DNA of 64,000 nt from assembly GCA_046297555.1 (NCBI GenBank), contig JBKBHW010000002.1, positions 14,385 through 78,384 on the forward strand, given 5' to 3'. Within the stretch, counting starts at the first letter, position 1, and each line of letters starts with the position of its first letter. Shown one piece after another: positions 38,862 to 47,790 of the stretch. A program made the translations under genes and the position numbers. A model generated the notes under the pieces. That model made no database searches. It saw nothing but the letters and a program-made list of their open reading frames with translations, and had not been told where the DNA came from. The stretch comes from Aquificaceae bacterium. GTDB taxonomy: Bacteria > Aquificota > Aquificia > Aquificales > Aquificaceae.

Positions 38862-39471
38862 TAACAGCCCTATAGAAGTTAAGGATTTTGTCAAAGGGTA
38901 TATTACCATCCCTTATAAGCCTGAGCCCCTTTGGATACAGCGCCCTTACTATGGTAGACGGCTTTGCCTCTATGATACCACCATCCACATATAGGTCTAT
39001 CTTATCTCCAAAGTATTCCACGGCTTCTTTTATGCTGGAGGCCGGTTTTTCTCCCTCTGGGTTGGCGCTGGGCGCCACAAGGGGTAAGTCTACCAAGCTT
39101 AAAAGCTTAGATACAGGGCTATTGTAGGGAGGCAGTCTAATGGCAAGGCTTTTCCTACCTCTTGTTAAAAAGAGTGGGATGGGGGTTTTTTTGTAAAAAA
39201 TAAAGGTTGCATTAAACTTTTCCATGAGCATATAGTGGACTATGTTAGCCCGTAGCCCAAGCCTTCTTATCCATCTTAGGCTTGGTATGAGCATTAAAAA
39301 GGGTCTGTTGGAGGGTCTCCTTATGGAAAAAAGCCTTTCTACCACATTCTTGTCTGTAGCAAGGGCAAGAAGGCCATATATGGTATCTGTAGGAAAGCAG
39401 ACTATACCACCTTCCTTTAATATTCTTGCGGCTTCTATTGTTGAGCTGTAGGAAAGCTCATAGATTTTCAT
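38812..39471 (-). CDS. tsaC: L-threonylcarbamoyladenylate synthase (Sua5/YrdC)
   Basis: GIVCFPTDTIYGL, RRPSNRP, LAIRLP, APSANPEG, DGG..PSTIV. Confidence 0.9.
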   Translation of the reverse strand: MKIYELSYSSTIEAARILKEGGIVCFPTDTIYGLLALATDKNVVERLFSIRRPSNRPFLMLIPSLRWIRRLGLRANIVHYMLMEKFNATFIFYKKTPIPLFLTRGRKSLAIRLPPYNSPVSKLLSLVDLPLVAPSANPEGEKPASSIKEAVEYFGDKIDLYVDGGIIEAKPSTIVRALYPKGLRLIRDGNIPFDKILNFYRAVITSSSLTATFPSESSS

Positions 39472-39472
39472 T

Positions 39473-40531
39473 TTACACCTCTATGTACTCCATAACCTTT
39501 TCCACATCTGGCGGCAAGGTTATTGGCTCCTCGCATACCTTTATGGCAGTATCCGGATCCTTCAAGCCATTTCCTGTCAGCACACACACCACAAGCTCAC
39601 CCCCCTTAAAGTACCCTTCACGGTTAAGCTTTATCAACCCTGCTACAGAGGCAGCGGATGCAGGCTCGCAGAAAACCCCCTCCGTGGAAGCTATAAGTTT
39701 ATAAGCGTATAAGATCTCCTCGTCGCTTACCGCATCTATAAGTCCACCGGACTCCTGCATGGCCTGCAGAGCCGATTGCCAGCTGTAGGGATTGCCTATC
39801 CTTATGGCAGTGGCTATGGTTTGAGGGTTTTTTATAGGATAGCCCTTTACAATGGGTGCGGCCCCTTCCGCCTGCCATCCCATCATCTTTGGAAGGCTAT
39901 CTATTTTACCCGCTTGAAAATATTCCTTGTAGCCCTTCCAATAGGCTGTTATGTTGCCCGCATTGCCCACCGGTATAAAGTGGTAATCGGGAGCCCTTCC
40001 CAAGACATCGCATATCTCAAAGGCACCCGTCTTTTGACCTTCTATTCTGTAAGGGTTTACGGAGTTTACCACCTCCACCGGCAAAAGCTCCCCTATTTTT
40101 CTAACTATATACAAGGCATCATCAAAGTTTCCCTGAAGGGCTATGACCTTGGCTCCGTATATGACCGCCTGAGAAAGCTTTCCAAGGGCAACGGCACCCT
40201 TTGGTAGTAAAACATAGGCTTTGAGGCCTGCCTTTGCCGCATAAGCGGCGGCGGAGGCGGAGGTGTTCCCTGTAGAAGCACATATAACAGCCCTTTTACC
40301 AGCTTCCACAGCCTTTGAAATGGCAACAGTCATGCCCCTATCTTTGAAAGAGCCCGTGGGGTTAAGGCCCTCATACTTTAAAAATATGTCCCCTTTAAAG
40401 CCCATGGCCCTTGCAAGGTTGTCAGCCTTTATAAGAGGTGTATTTCCCTCGCACAGGGTTATTACGGGGGTGGCAGCTCCTACAGGTAGGAACTCTCTAT
40501 ACTCGTATATTATACCTCGCCAATATCCCAT
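39473..40531 (-). CDS. thrC: Threonine synthase
   Basis: [57 protein letters not shown]. Confidence 0.97.
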   Translation of the reverse strand: MGYWRGIIYEYREFLPVGAATPVITLCEGNTPLIKADNLARAMGFKGDIFLKYEGLNPTGSFKDRGMTVAISKAVEAGKRAVICASTGNTSASAAAYAAKAGLKAYVLLPKGAVALGKLSQAVIYGAKVIALQGNFDDALYIVRKIGELLPVEVVNSVNPYRIEGQKTGAFEICDVLGRAPDYHFIPVGNAGNITAYWKGYKEYFQAGKIDSLPKMMGWQAEGAAPIVKGYPIKNPQTIATAIRIGNPYSWQSALQAMQESGGLIDAVSDEEILYAYKLIASTEGVFCEPASAASVAGLIKLNREGYFKGGELVVCVLTGNGLKDPDTAIKVCEEPITLPPDVEKVMEYIEV

Positions 40532-40570
40532 AATGACTAAGGAATATTATACTTTATAATTATATAAGCC

Positions 40571-40653
<83 letters not shown>

Positions 40654-40662
40654 TAAAAAGCC

Positions 40663-41196
40663 ATGATACTAAGCGACGGTAGTATAAAGGAGCTTATAAG
40701 AAAAGGCGAGCTTATCATAGAACCATACAGAGAAGAGAATATACAAGCCTCCTCCATAGACCTTACCCTTGGTGGCGAACTACTCTTCTATAAGAGCGAG
40801 GGTATAGATATAAAAAGCCCTTTTGCGCCGGTGGAGAAGGTAATAATACCCCCGGAGGGCTTTCTCATACCACCAAAGGCCTTTATGCTTGCAACAACGG
40901 AGGAGTATATAAAGCTTCCAGAGGACATAACAGCCTTTGTGGAAGGAAGGTCTTCCCTTGGAAGGCTTGGCTTGTTTATAGAAAACGCAGGATGGGTAGA
41001 TGCGGGCTTTGAGGGGCAGATAACCCTTGAGCTCTACAATGCCAACAGATGCTCCATAAGGATTTACAAAGGAGTCCGCATATGCCAGATAGTGCTTGCC
41101 AAGCTGGACAAAAGGGCAGAAAGGCCCTACAGGGGAAAGTACCAAGGGCAAAGGGGTGCCACGCCATCAAAAATATATATGGATTTTAGCCCTTAA
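40663..41196 (+). CDS. dcd: dCTP deaminase
   Basis: MILSD, IQASSIDLTL, GRSSLGRLG, AGWVDAGFEGQITLEL, YRGKYQGQ. Confidence 0.96.
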   Translation: MILSDGSIKELIRKGELIIEPYREENIQASSIDLTLGGELLFYKSEGIDIKSPFAPVEKVIIPPEGFLIPPKAFMLATTEEYIKLPEDITAFVEGRSSLGRLGLFIENAGWVDAGFEGQITLELYNANRCSIRIYKGVRICQIVLAKLDKRAERPYRGKYQGQRGATPSKIYMDFSP

Positions 41197-41591
41197 AACT
41201 GTCTGCCTTCCTCTTGCTTCCACAAAAGATTTACGGGCTTTCTTCCCGCAAAGCCCTCATCCAGCTCATGCCAGTACATTATGGTGTCTTCATCCTCCTT
41301 CCAACACAGCCATATGTAGCGGTTTTGATGGAAGGAAAGGAAGTCTACCAGTATGGGGTCTATACCCTTTATTATACCGCCAAAGGACTCAATCTTTTGA
41401 AAAAGCCTTCTTATGTCCGAGTCTAAATCCCTTACATGGCTTTCTATGTACATCCTTTCCAGCACATCCTTCTCCTCTTCAAGCCTCAAAAGATACTCCT
41501 GAAGCTCTTCCCTCTTTAGGTTTATTTCTTCCACTATGGGCTTTATTATAGTTATCAGCTCCCTTGCCGTTTCTAAGTCAAACAGCTTCAT
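41193..41591 (-). CDS. DUF2203 family protein
   Basis: KLFDLETARELI start and GIIKG...LVDF...LCWKEDE..I.YWH..EGFAGRKP C-terminus. Confidence 0.85.
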   Translation of the reverse strand: MKLFDLETARELITIIKPIVEEINLKREELQEYLLRLEEEKDVLERMYIESHVRDLDSDIRRLFQKIESFGGIIKGIDPILVDFLSFHQNRYIWLCWKEDEDTIMYWHELDEGFAGRKPVNLLWKQEEGRQF

Positions 41592-41602
41592 GGCTTATAA
41601 AT

Positions 41603-42604
41603 TTAGGGTAAAAATACCGTTGAGCAACAGTTAGGTGAGATTATGGGTTTTAGTCCAAGGCTTTTTGCATAGGTAAAAATACCTTCTGCAGGGAAGGTTA
41701 TACCGTTTACCCCTGCGTGCAAGGCATAAAGGTCAAGCTTTGCCCTATCGGGCCCCGCAGGCCTTGCACAACCTATCACCACAGGCCTTTTTGGAAGGGC
41801 TTTCCTTGCATAAAAGATGACCCTTGCGCTATCCTCCGCCTTCGGTGGGGGCAGAAGTTGAAAGCGAGCTTTTCCATAATAGGGCATAACCACCACCATC
41901 ACCAAAGCAGAAGGGTCAAACTGGGCTATCATATCTATAGCCCTATACTCTCCTTTTATCTGCCCGTAGTGGAGCCCTATTATCACATGGGGAACTATGT
42001 TATGTTGGTATTCCTTCAAGAGCCTAAGAGATTCCTCGTAGTCTTTAACACCCTTATGGGGTAGTTTATAGACCTGAGCTATGGTTTCATCGTCTCCTAT
42101 TATGTCAATTAAAACTGCGTCCACCTTGGCCTGTTTTAGACCCTCGGACAGCCTTTCATCCACAAGGCCCACATGACAGCTAACAAACATACCAAGCTCT
42201 TCCTTTATCCTTCTCATAACATCAAGAAAGGGGTATAACTCTACCACACCGTCCTTGTTGGAGCCGCCGGATATTAGAACACCATCAATTCCCCTTGCCT
42301 TAAGCTCGTTGGAGATTTTCCAGAGCTCTTGGGGTGTAGTGGCTGGTATCATATGCCATAGGATCTTGGAGGCGCAATGGTCGCACATAAGCTCGCAGTT
42401 TTTACCAGTTATGGATATATCCACAAACCTTGGACCACTTTTTATGGAAAAATCCTCCACTTCATAGTGTTTGAACCCCGGGCTATAAAAGTGTATGTCC
42501 CTTCCAAAGTTCTTAAGCCTTATTTCAAAACCTTCTTCAATCTCCTCAAGGAGTTCTCTATTGAGCTCTACATCTTCTAAGGGGGGTGGGACAGCCCCAC
42601 CCAT
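41603..42604 (-). CDS. Radical SAM protein, probable LipS-type lipoyl synthase component associated with LbpA
   Basis: DISITGKNCELMCDHC (CxxxCxxC), SGGS, PHVIIGLHYG, GCARP, C-terminal CCS; directly follows lbpA. Function inferred from context. Confidence 0.7.
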   Translation of the reverse strand: MGGAVPPPLEDVELNRELLEEIEEGFEIRLKNFGRDIHFYSPGFKHYEVEDFSIKSGPRFVDISITGKNCELMCDHCASKILWHMIPATTPQELWKISNELKARGIDGVLISGGSNKDGVVELYPFLDVMRRIKEELGMFVSCHVGLVDERLSEGLKQAKVDAVLIDIIGDDETIAQVYKLPHKGVKDYEESLRLLKEYQHNIVPHVIIGLHYGQIKGEYRAIDMIAQFDPSALVMVVVMPYYGKARFQLLPPPKAEDSARVIFYARKALPKRPVVIGCARPAGPDRAKLDLYALHAGVNGITFPAEGIFTYAKSLGLKPIISPNCCSTVFLP

Positions 42605-42612
42605 TAAGCTTA

Positions 42613-43059
42613 TTATCCGCACTTTATACCCTTTTCGCTCACTACCTTTGTTAGGGCGTCAACGGCTGCCTGCCCTTTAAGCAAGCTGTTTATCTCCTCT
42701 GGCTTTGTGGGCTTTATCTTTGCTATCCATCCTGCACCGTAAGGGTCGTCGTTTGCCAAGGCAGGATTCCCCTTTAGAGCTTCGTTTATCTCCACCACCT
42801 CTCCCGTAAGGGGTGTGGGCACTGGCCCAACCCATTTACCGCTCTCTATGGTGGCTACGCTCTTGCGCCTTTCTATAACCTTCCCGGGCTTTTTGGGGGT
42901 GTAAGCCACCAGCCTTCCCGCCATAGCAGCTGCCACAGAAGTAAGCCCTATGGTGTAGGTGCCATCGCCGTTATCCTTTGCCCAGGTGAAGGCGTTTGCC
43001 TCTGGGTCCACATCGTACAAAAGGTCCTCGGGTATGTTGCACCCATTAACTGTTGCCAT
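42613..43059 (-). CDS. lbpA: Lipoate-binding protein LbpA (GcvH-like)
   Basis: GcvH fold with lipoyl lysine in IESGKWVGP and NDDPYGAGW; located in the sHdr cluster. Confidence 0.85.
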   Translation of the reverse strand: MATVNGCNIPEDLLYDVDPEANAFTWAKDNGDGTYTIGLTSVAAAMAGRLVAYTPKKPGKVIERRKSVATIESGKWVGPVPTPLTGEVVEINEALKGNPALANDDPYGAGWIAKIKPTKPEEINSLLKGQAAVDALTKVVSEKGIKCG

Positions 43060-43082
43060 CTTTACCCTCCTTTATAGAAATT

Positions 43083-43472
43083 TTAAAAAGTTAGCACCTT
43101 ATCCGCTTCCATAGCCCTTAGGGCAAACTCGCTGGCGGGGAAAACCCCATCCAGCTCCGGTATCAAGTCCTCAGGCTTGTAGCCCAAAGAGTCTATAGCT
43201 TGCTTGCAAGAGTAGAACTTAACACCTGCCTGCTTGGCATCCTTGATAAAATCGTAAACAGTCTTTAATTTTTTGCCGTTTGGGGAAAGGCAGTTGGGCT
43301 CGCCCGGCACAATCCTTTCAGCCACCCCCTTCTTCAAAAGCCTTGTACCATCCATGTTAAAGAAGATTTCCACATCTGCCTCATTGGCAGCCATCAAGGC
43401 AGCAATGTAAAATGGGGAGGCACACCTCCAAGGAGTCCTTGGTCCGCTTGTCATAAGGATGATAACCTTCAC
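43083..43472 (-). CDS. DsrE-family sulfur carrier/sulfurtransferase
   Basis: IILMTSGP, EIFFNMDGT, AKQAGVKFYSC (conserved Cys). Confidence 0.85.
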   Translation of the reverse strand: MKVIILMTSGPRTPWRCASPFYIAALMAANEADVEIFFNMDGTRLLKKGVAERIVPGEPNCLSPNGKKLKTVYDFIKDAKQAGVKFYSCKQAIDSLGYKPEDLIPELDGVFPASEFALRAMEADKVLTF

Positions 43473-43729
43473 GACTCTATGGCCCTCCTTGCCTCCGCCT
43501 CATCGGGAACGCCTACAAAGGTTAACTTCCCATCTATAATGGTTGAAGGCACAGACCTTACTATGAGCTTTTTTGCCCACATTCTACCCTCGGGCTGCGC
43601 CACATCCAAAACTTCATACTTAAAGCCGTACTCTACTTGCAGTTTTCTCCACAAGGCGTCTGCATCGGGACAAGTGGCACACCATTGAGAAACAAGCAGT
43701 ATTACATGCTTGTCCTTTGCCGCCATCAT
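43469..43729 (-). CDS. Small thioredoxin/glutaredoxin-like protein (WCATC)
   Basis: SQWCATCP CxxC and VRSVPST cis-Pro loop. ATG 43729 overlaps the lbpA stop and its stop overlaps the dsrE start. Confidence 0.85.
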   Translation of the reverse strand: MMAAKDKHVILLVSQWCATCPDADALWRKLQVEYGFKYEVLDVAQPEGRMWAKKLIVRSVPSTIIDGKLTFVGVPDEAEARRAIES

Positions 43730-44205
43730 GTACACCTCATACAAATTATGTCCCACTCATCAATGTATTTTCTCATCTCCTCTATGGCATCTTTGCCATA
43801 GAGAAGGTCCTTTATGTCCCTTTGCAAATCAAAGGACTTCATCCTAACTATCCAGCCTTCTCCATAAGGGTCGTAGTTTATTATGTCGGGCTGTTCAAGG
43901 ACTTTCTCATTTCTTTCTACCACCTCACCTTCCACAAGGGCGTTTATGGGGCCTGCCCATTTGCCACTTTCCAAGGATGCCACAGGCTTTCCCTTCTTTA
44001 TCACTTTCCCCTTCTCTTTTATCCTTGCGTGAAGGAGCCTCCCGGCGCGGACTTGCCCCACGTCGGTAAGGCCCATGGTTACAGTACCATCCTCATTTAC
44101 CCTAAGCCATGTTTGAGTTTCTATCTCATAATAAAGGTCAATGGGGATTATGCATCCGTTGTATTCCCACTCTTGAGTGCTTTCAAAGCCTTGCAGGCCA
44201 CCCAT
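43726..44205 (-). CDS. lbpA: Second lipoate-binding protein LbpA (GcvH-like)
   Basis: LESGKWAGP lipoyl motif, NYDPYGEGW, C-terminal CMRC. Confidence 0.85.
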   Translation of the reverse strand: MGGLQGFESTQEWEYNGCIIPIDLYYEIETQTWLRVNEDGTVTMGLTDVGQVRAGRLLHARIKEKGKVIKKGKPVASLESGKWAGPINALVEGEVVERNEKVLEQPDIINYDPYGEGWIVRMKSFDLQRDIKDLLYGKDAIEEMRKYIDEWDIICMRCT

Positions 44206-44216
44206 TGGGATAACTC

Positions 44217-45176
44217 CTATGCAAGCCCAAGCCTCTTGAGCACTGGTAGAGGGTCTGAAAGGTTATCCTTTAGCTTTACATCGTTGGCGCTGTAGCCGAA
44301 GGCAAGCCCGAGAAGTTGAGTAAAGTAGGCGGCGGGGACATCCACATCGGGCACCCCCTTCATCATAAGCCTGTGTCTGTACATCTCAAGGGAAGCATGA
44401 CAGAGAGGGCATTCGGTAGCTATAATATCTGCACCGTTCCTTTTGGCAGTTTGAAGGATCATCATAACAAACTTTTCAGATACCATCTCGTCAGATAGGG
44501 AGTGTGGACCACCACAGCACTGGGTGTGCATAGGTTCAAACTCTACGCTGGTAGCTCCGGCAGCTTCCAAAAGGGCGTTCATGTAGTAAGGATGTTCATC
44601 ATCGTCTGCAGTTTCCCTTCTTCTGGGCCTTGCCTCTTCATCTTGGCCGCCTGCGTGGGCATAAGTTCTTGCATAAAAGTGGGGCCTTGTGTACAAGCAT
44701 CCGTAGTAATTGGCCACCTTTAGGCCTCTCAAGGGCCTTCTTGTCTTTTCTTTTACCTTTTGAGGTCCCGCTTCATGATAAAACCATTCAAGGATATGGT
44801 AGGTGTGGGGTATTTGGTCAAGAGGGTCCACACCACCTTCCCTTAGCAGGGCGTTTACCTTTTCATAAACGGCTCTATCCGTTTCCAAAAAGTACTCAGC
44901 CCTTTGGAGAGAGAAGGAGCATCCGTTGCAAGGTGCCACTATTACGCTGTGGCCCTGCTTCCTTGCCAAGGACATATTCCTTGCGTTCAGCAGCATAGTG
45001 CCCATAAAGGTCACATTTTTGGACTCCATTGCGCCGCAGCAGTTATAGTCCTCAAGGTAATCAAGCTCAAGACCAAGCTCCTTTGCCACTATCTTTGTAG
45101 ATACATCATAGGCCCTTGCTGCACCCTCAAGGGAACAGCCGGGATAATAAGCCACTCTTTTGCCTATTACGCCCAT
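44217..45176 (-). CDS. sHdrB2, heterodisulfide reductase-like subunit B
   Basis: YYPGCSL, YNCCG, APCNGC, YYGCLY, QCCGG, TECPLC (two CCG domains). Confidence 0.9.
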   Translation of the reverse strand: MGVIGKRVAYYPGCSLEGAARAYDVSTKIVAKELGLELDYLEDYNCCGAMESKNVTFMGTMLLNARNMSLARKQGHSVIVAPCNGCSFSLQRAEYFLETDRAVYEKVNALLREGGVDPLDQIPHTYHILEWFYHEAGPQKVKEKTRRPLRGLKVANYYGCLYTRPHFYARTYAHAGGQDEEARPRRRETADDDEHPYYMNALLEAAGATSVEFEPMHTQCCGGPHSLSDEMVSEKFVMMILQTAKRNGADIIATECPLCHASLEMYRHRLMMKGVPDVDVPAAYFTQLLGLAFGYSANDVKLKDNLSDPLPVLKRLGLA

Positions 45177-45188
45177 TTTCTAACCTCC

Positions 45189-45947
45189 TTAATGTAATGC
45201 TCCTTCTTCTTGCATCACCTTGCGCAAAACTTGCTTAAACTTGCTCCAGTCCTTGGTCCTTGGATGGAAAAGCATATGCTTGGCGTTTAGTATAAGGAAG
45301 CCTACGTTCATGGATTTAATGGGCTTCATGGTTAGCTGCTTTAGCCATTCGGGAGTTTCTCCTATGAAGGGTATGGGCTTTTTGAGTATGGGGTCTTTAA
45401 AGACCTTGTAGCCTTGCTTTTCTATCCATCCAAAGAGAAGCTCTCCATCTTCTATCCTTCCATACTCTACCACCGATTCGGTAAAGAACTTGTCAAACTT
45501 TTTGGAAGGATATTCTTCCACAAGCCCCCTCTTTGCCATAACCTTGAGAATGGCCTTTATGACCTCCTCCACAAGGACGCCCTTGGGGCACCTATGGGTG
45601 CATTTGTGGCAGGATACGCATCTCCACATAACATCCACACGCTTTTGAAGCTCATCTATCATCCCAAGCCTTGCGAGGTATATAAAGTGCCTTGGGTTGT
45701 ACCTTTCATCCCAGTAGTTATGGACAGGGCATGAGGCGGTACAATAGGAGCATTGGTAGCATTGGTTTATGGTCTTGCCCTCGGGAGTGTTTAAAACCTC
45801 CTTGCCAAAGTCAAGGTCATAGTCGTTTATAACCCTTGGGAGTATCAAAAGGTTCCAATCTCCAGAAACATCCACACCATCAATGACAAGCCTTTCCTTT
45901 CTAACTATTCTCTCTGGCTCTACAAGGCTTCTTTCGTGTATAGCCAT
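45189..45947 (-). CDS. sHdrC2, heterodisulfide reductase-like subunit C
   Basis: CYQCSYCTASCP and CVSCHKCTHRCP (2x[4Fe-4S]). Confidence 0.9.
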   Translation of the reverse strand: MAIHERSLVEPERIVRKERLVIDGVDVSGDWNLLILPRVINDYDLDFGKEVLNTPEGKTINQCYQCSYCTASCPVHNYWDERYNPRHFIYLARLGMIDELQKRVDVMWRCVSCHKCTHRCPKGVLVEEVIKAILKVMAKRGLVEEYPSKKFDKFFTESVVEYGRIEDGELLFGWIEKQGYKVFKDPILKKPIPFIGETPEWLKQLTMKPIKSMNVGFLILNAKHMLFHPRTKDWSKFKQVLRKVMQEEGALH

Positions 45948-45950
45948 GGT

Positions 45951-46685
45951 TTACACCTCCAAAAGGTCTTCTTTTCTTAAAACACCAAGCAGCCTTCGCG
46001 CCATAGAGCCTGCAGGTGGGAAAAAGCCCTTGGCGCTATGCATGGTTGAAAGGGTCATATAATCCACATAGGTGGCGTATATCATGGCAAGGAATATATC
46101 CACAAAAAGATAACCCTTCACCTTTATACCAAAATCAAGCAGCTTTTCCTGAATCTGTTTGTATATAGGTTCAAACTCCTCATAGGTTTCGCCGTAAAGG
46201 CTTTTCTTTGGGGGCTCTTCCTTTAAGAAGACGATGGCGCCGCTTTCACTTTCTGGGTCCCATATCCAACTGGTCCAAAGCACATAATCCTCTGGAAAGG
46301 TAAAGTGTAGAATCTCACTGGCTATATCCCTTGCCATCTTCCTGTCCACGCCCCTTACTTCCCTTACAAACTTTTCAACCCTCTCTTCCCAGCTTTTAGC
46401 CTTTCCATAAAGAAGGTCGCTTATGGCCCTTTTGAGCCTGTCTACTCCAGTCTCTTCTATGATCCGCTCCCTTCTTCTCCTTGCGGCAAAGATCTTCCCA
46501 AGGATTAGGTCCAAATCCTCTTGCGTAAGAGAAGCAAGTCTTTCTTTGCTAAAAGCTTGTTGGAAGAGAAGGGATTTGGCGAGGAGGTCCTTGTAAAATT
46601 CTTGGACAAACTCCTCGCCCTCTCCAAGGATCTTTATCAAGTAGTCCCTAACCAAAAAGTCATCAAGTATTACGGGTTTTTTCAT
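45951..46685 (-). CDS. Conserved hypothetical sHdr-cluster protein (hyp/sHdrH position)
   Basis: Lies between hdrA and hdrC2, as in described sHdr clusters. ATG 46685 overlaps the hdrA stop. Confidence 0.7.
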   Translation of the reverse strand: MKKPVILDDFLVRDYLIKILGEGEEFVQEFYKDLLAKSLLFQQAFSKERLASLTQEDLDLILGKIFAARRRRERIIEETGVDRLKRAISDLLYGKAKSWEERVEKFVREVRGVDRKMARDIASEILHFTFPEDYVLWTSWIWDPESESGAIVFLKEEPPKKSLYGETYEEFEPIYKQIQEKLLDFGIKVKGYLFVDIFLAMIYATYVDYMTLSTMHSAKGFFPPAGSMARRLLGVLRKEDLLEV

Positions 46686-47740
46686 ACTGCCACCTTTGCG
46701 CCAAGGAAGGCTGCAGCCTCCGCCGCCGCCGCTTCCCCTTCTGAGAAGGAGGATTCTATGTCTATGGGTCCTTTGCAAGCTCCCGCTATGAATATACCGG
46801 GCTTGTTGGATATGATGTTAGAGCCAGACTCTTCAGAGGGTATGAGGAATTGGCTATCGGGGTCTTGGGCAAGTCCAAGGATCTTTGCCACCTTCTTGGT
46901 TCCGGGGGAAGGCTCCATACCAAGCACCAAGACCACCAAGTCCATAGGAACTTCAGAGGGCCTTTGTACTATGGTGTCTTCATGCTTTATCCTTAGCCTG
47001 CCGTCGGCGGGGCTGTAGGTAATCTCTGCTATCCTACCCCTTACATACCTAACACCGTACTTCTCTTGGGGTGCCCAGTAAAAAGGATACTCCCAAGTGC
47101 CGTAGGTTCTTACATCCATGTAGTAGCAAAAGACATCCACATCCGGGTAATGTTCTTTTATTTCGGAACCTTGGAGCCCCGATAGGGCACAGCCATACCT
47201 ACAGCAATGTACGTTGGTAAGGCCAAGCTGCCTGTCCCTTGATCCCACGCAAAAGACAAAGGCTACCCTCTTGGGCAGTTGTCCGTTGGAGGGCCTGTAT
47301 AGCCTTCCCTCTTGAGAAAACATCCTTTCAAGCTCAAGGTTGGTTATCACATCGGGATAGAGGCCATAGCCAAGCTCTCCCTTTCTCCTTGGGTCAAAGT
47401 GTTCAAAGCCTGTGGCCACCACTATGGCACCCACCTCATGCTTTTCCCCGTTGGAAAGGGTTACTTTGTAAGATCCGGGTTCTCCTTCACAGGCTGTGAG
47501 CTCTGTGTTTAAAAGCACCTTGATGTTTGGGTTGCTTTCCACCTCCTTTATGTAAGGACCTATCACCTGGGAGGGCTTTAGCTTTCTTGGGATAAGGGTG
47601 TGGTAGTGGTTTTTAATGGGGTTCCCACCCAGCTGACCGTCCTTTTCCACCAGTATGGTGGAGATGCCAAGCCTTCCCAAAGTTCTTGCTGCCGCAAGTC
47701 CTGCTGGACCACCTCCTACAACCAGCACGCTCTTTGACAT
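46682..47740 (-). CDS. sHdrA, short FAD/Fe-S heterodisulfide reductase-like subunit A
   Basis: VVGGGPAG FAD motif, FCVGSRD, CCRYGC, DVRTYG, AGACKGPIDI; 352 aa. Confidence 0.92.
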   Translation of the reverse strand: MSKSVLVVGGGPAGLAAARTLGRLGISTILVEKDGQLGGNPIKNHYHTLIPRKLKPSQVIGPYIKEVESNPNIKVLLNTELTACEGEPGSYKVTLSNGEKHEVGAIVVATGFEHFDPRRKGELGYGLYPDVITNLELERMFSQEGRLYRPSNGQLPKRVAFVFCVGSRDRQLGLTNVHCCRYGCALSGLQGSEIKEHYPDVDVFCYYMDVRTYGTWEYPFYWAPQEKYGVRYVRGRIAEITYSPADGRLRIKHEDTIVQRPSEVPMDLVVLVLGMEPSPGTKKVAKILGLAQDPDSQFLIPSEESGSNIISNKPGIFIAGACKGPIDIESSFSEGEAAAAEAAAFLGAKVAV

Positions 47741-47790
47741 GTTATACCTCCTTAATTAGTTCTTTAAGGGGGCAAAGCCCCCATAAAAGC

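Noticed and set aside
42613-44205. GcvH-like genes as glycine cleavage H proteins partnering gcvPB
   Set aside because: The ESGKW motif and position inside the sHdr cluster indicate LbpA. gcvPB is 25 kb away with no gcvT or gcvPA nearby.
43717-44295. Long antisense ORFs (e.g. 43717-44295, 48268-48822, 46521-47018, 61006-61500, 55748-56200)
   Set aside because: They lie entirely opposite well-supported genes, have no RBS or family motifs, and have the low-complexity composition typical of shadow frames.
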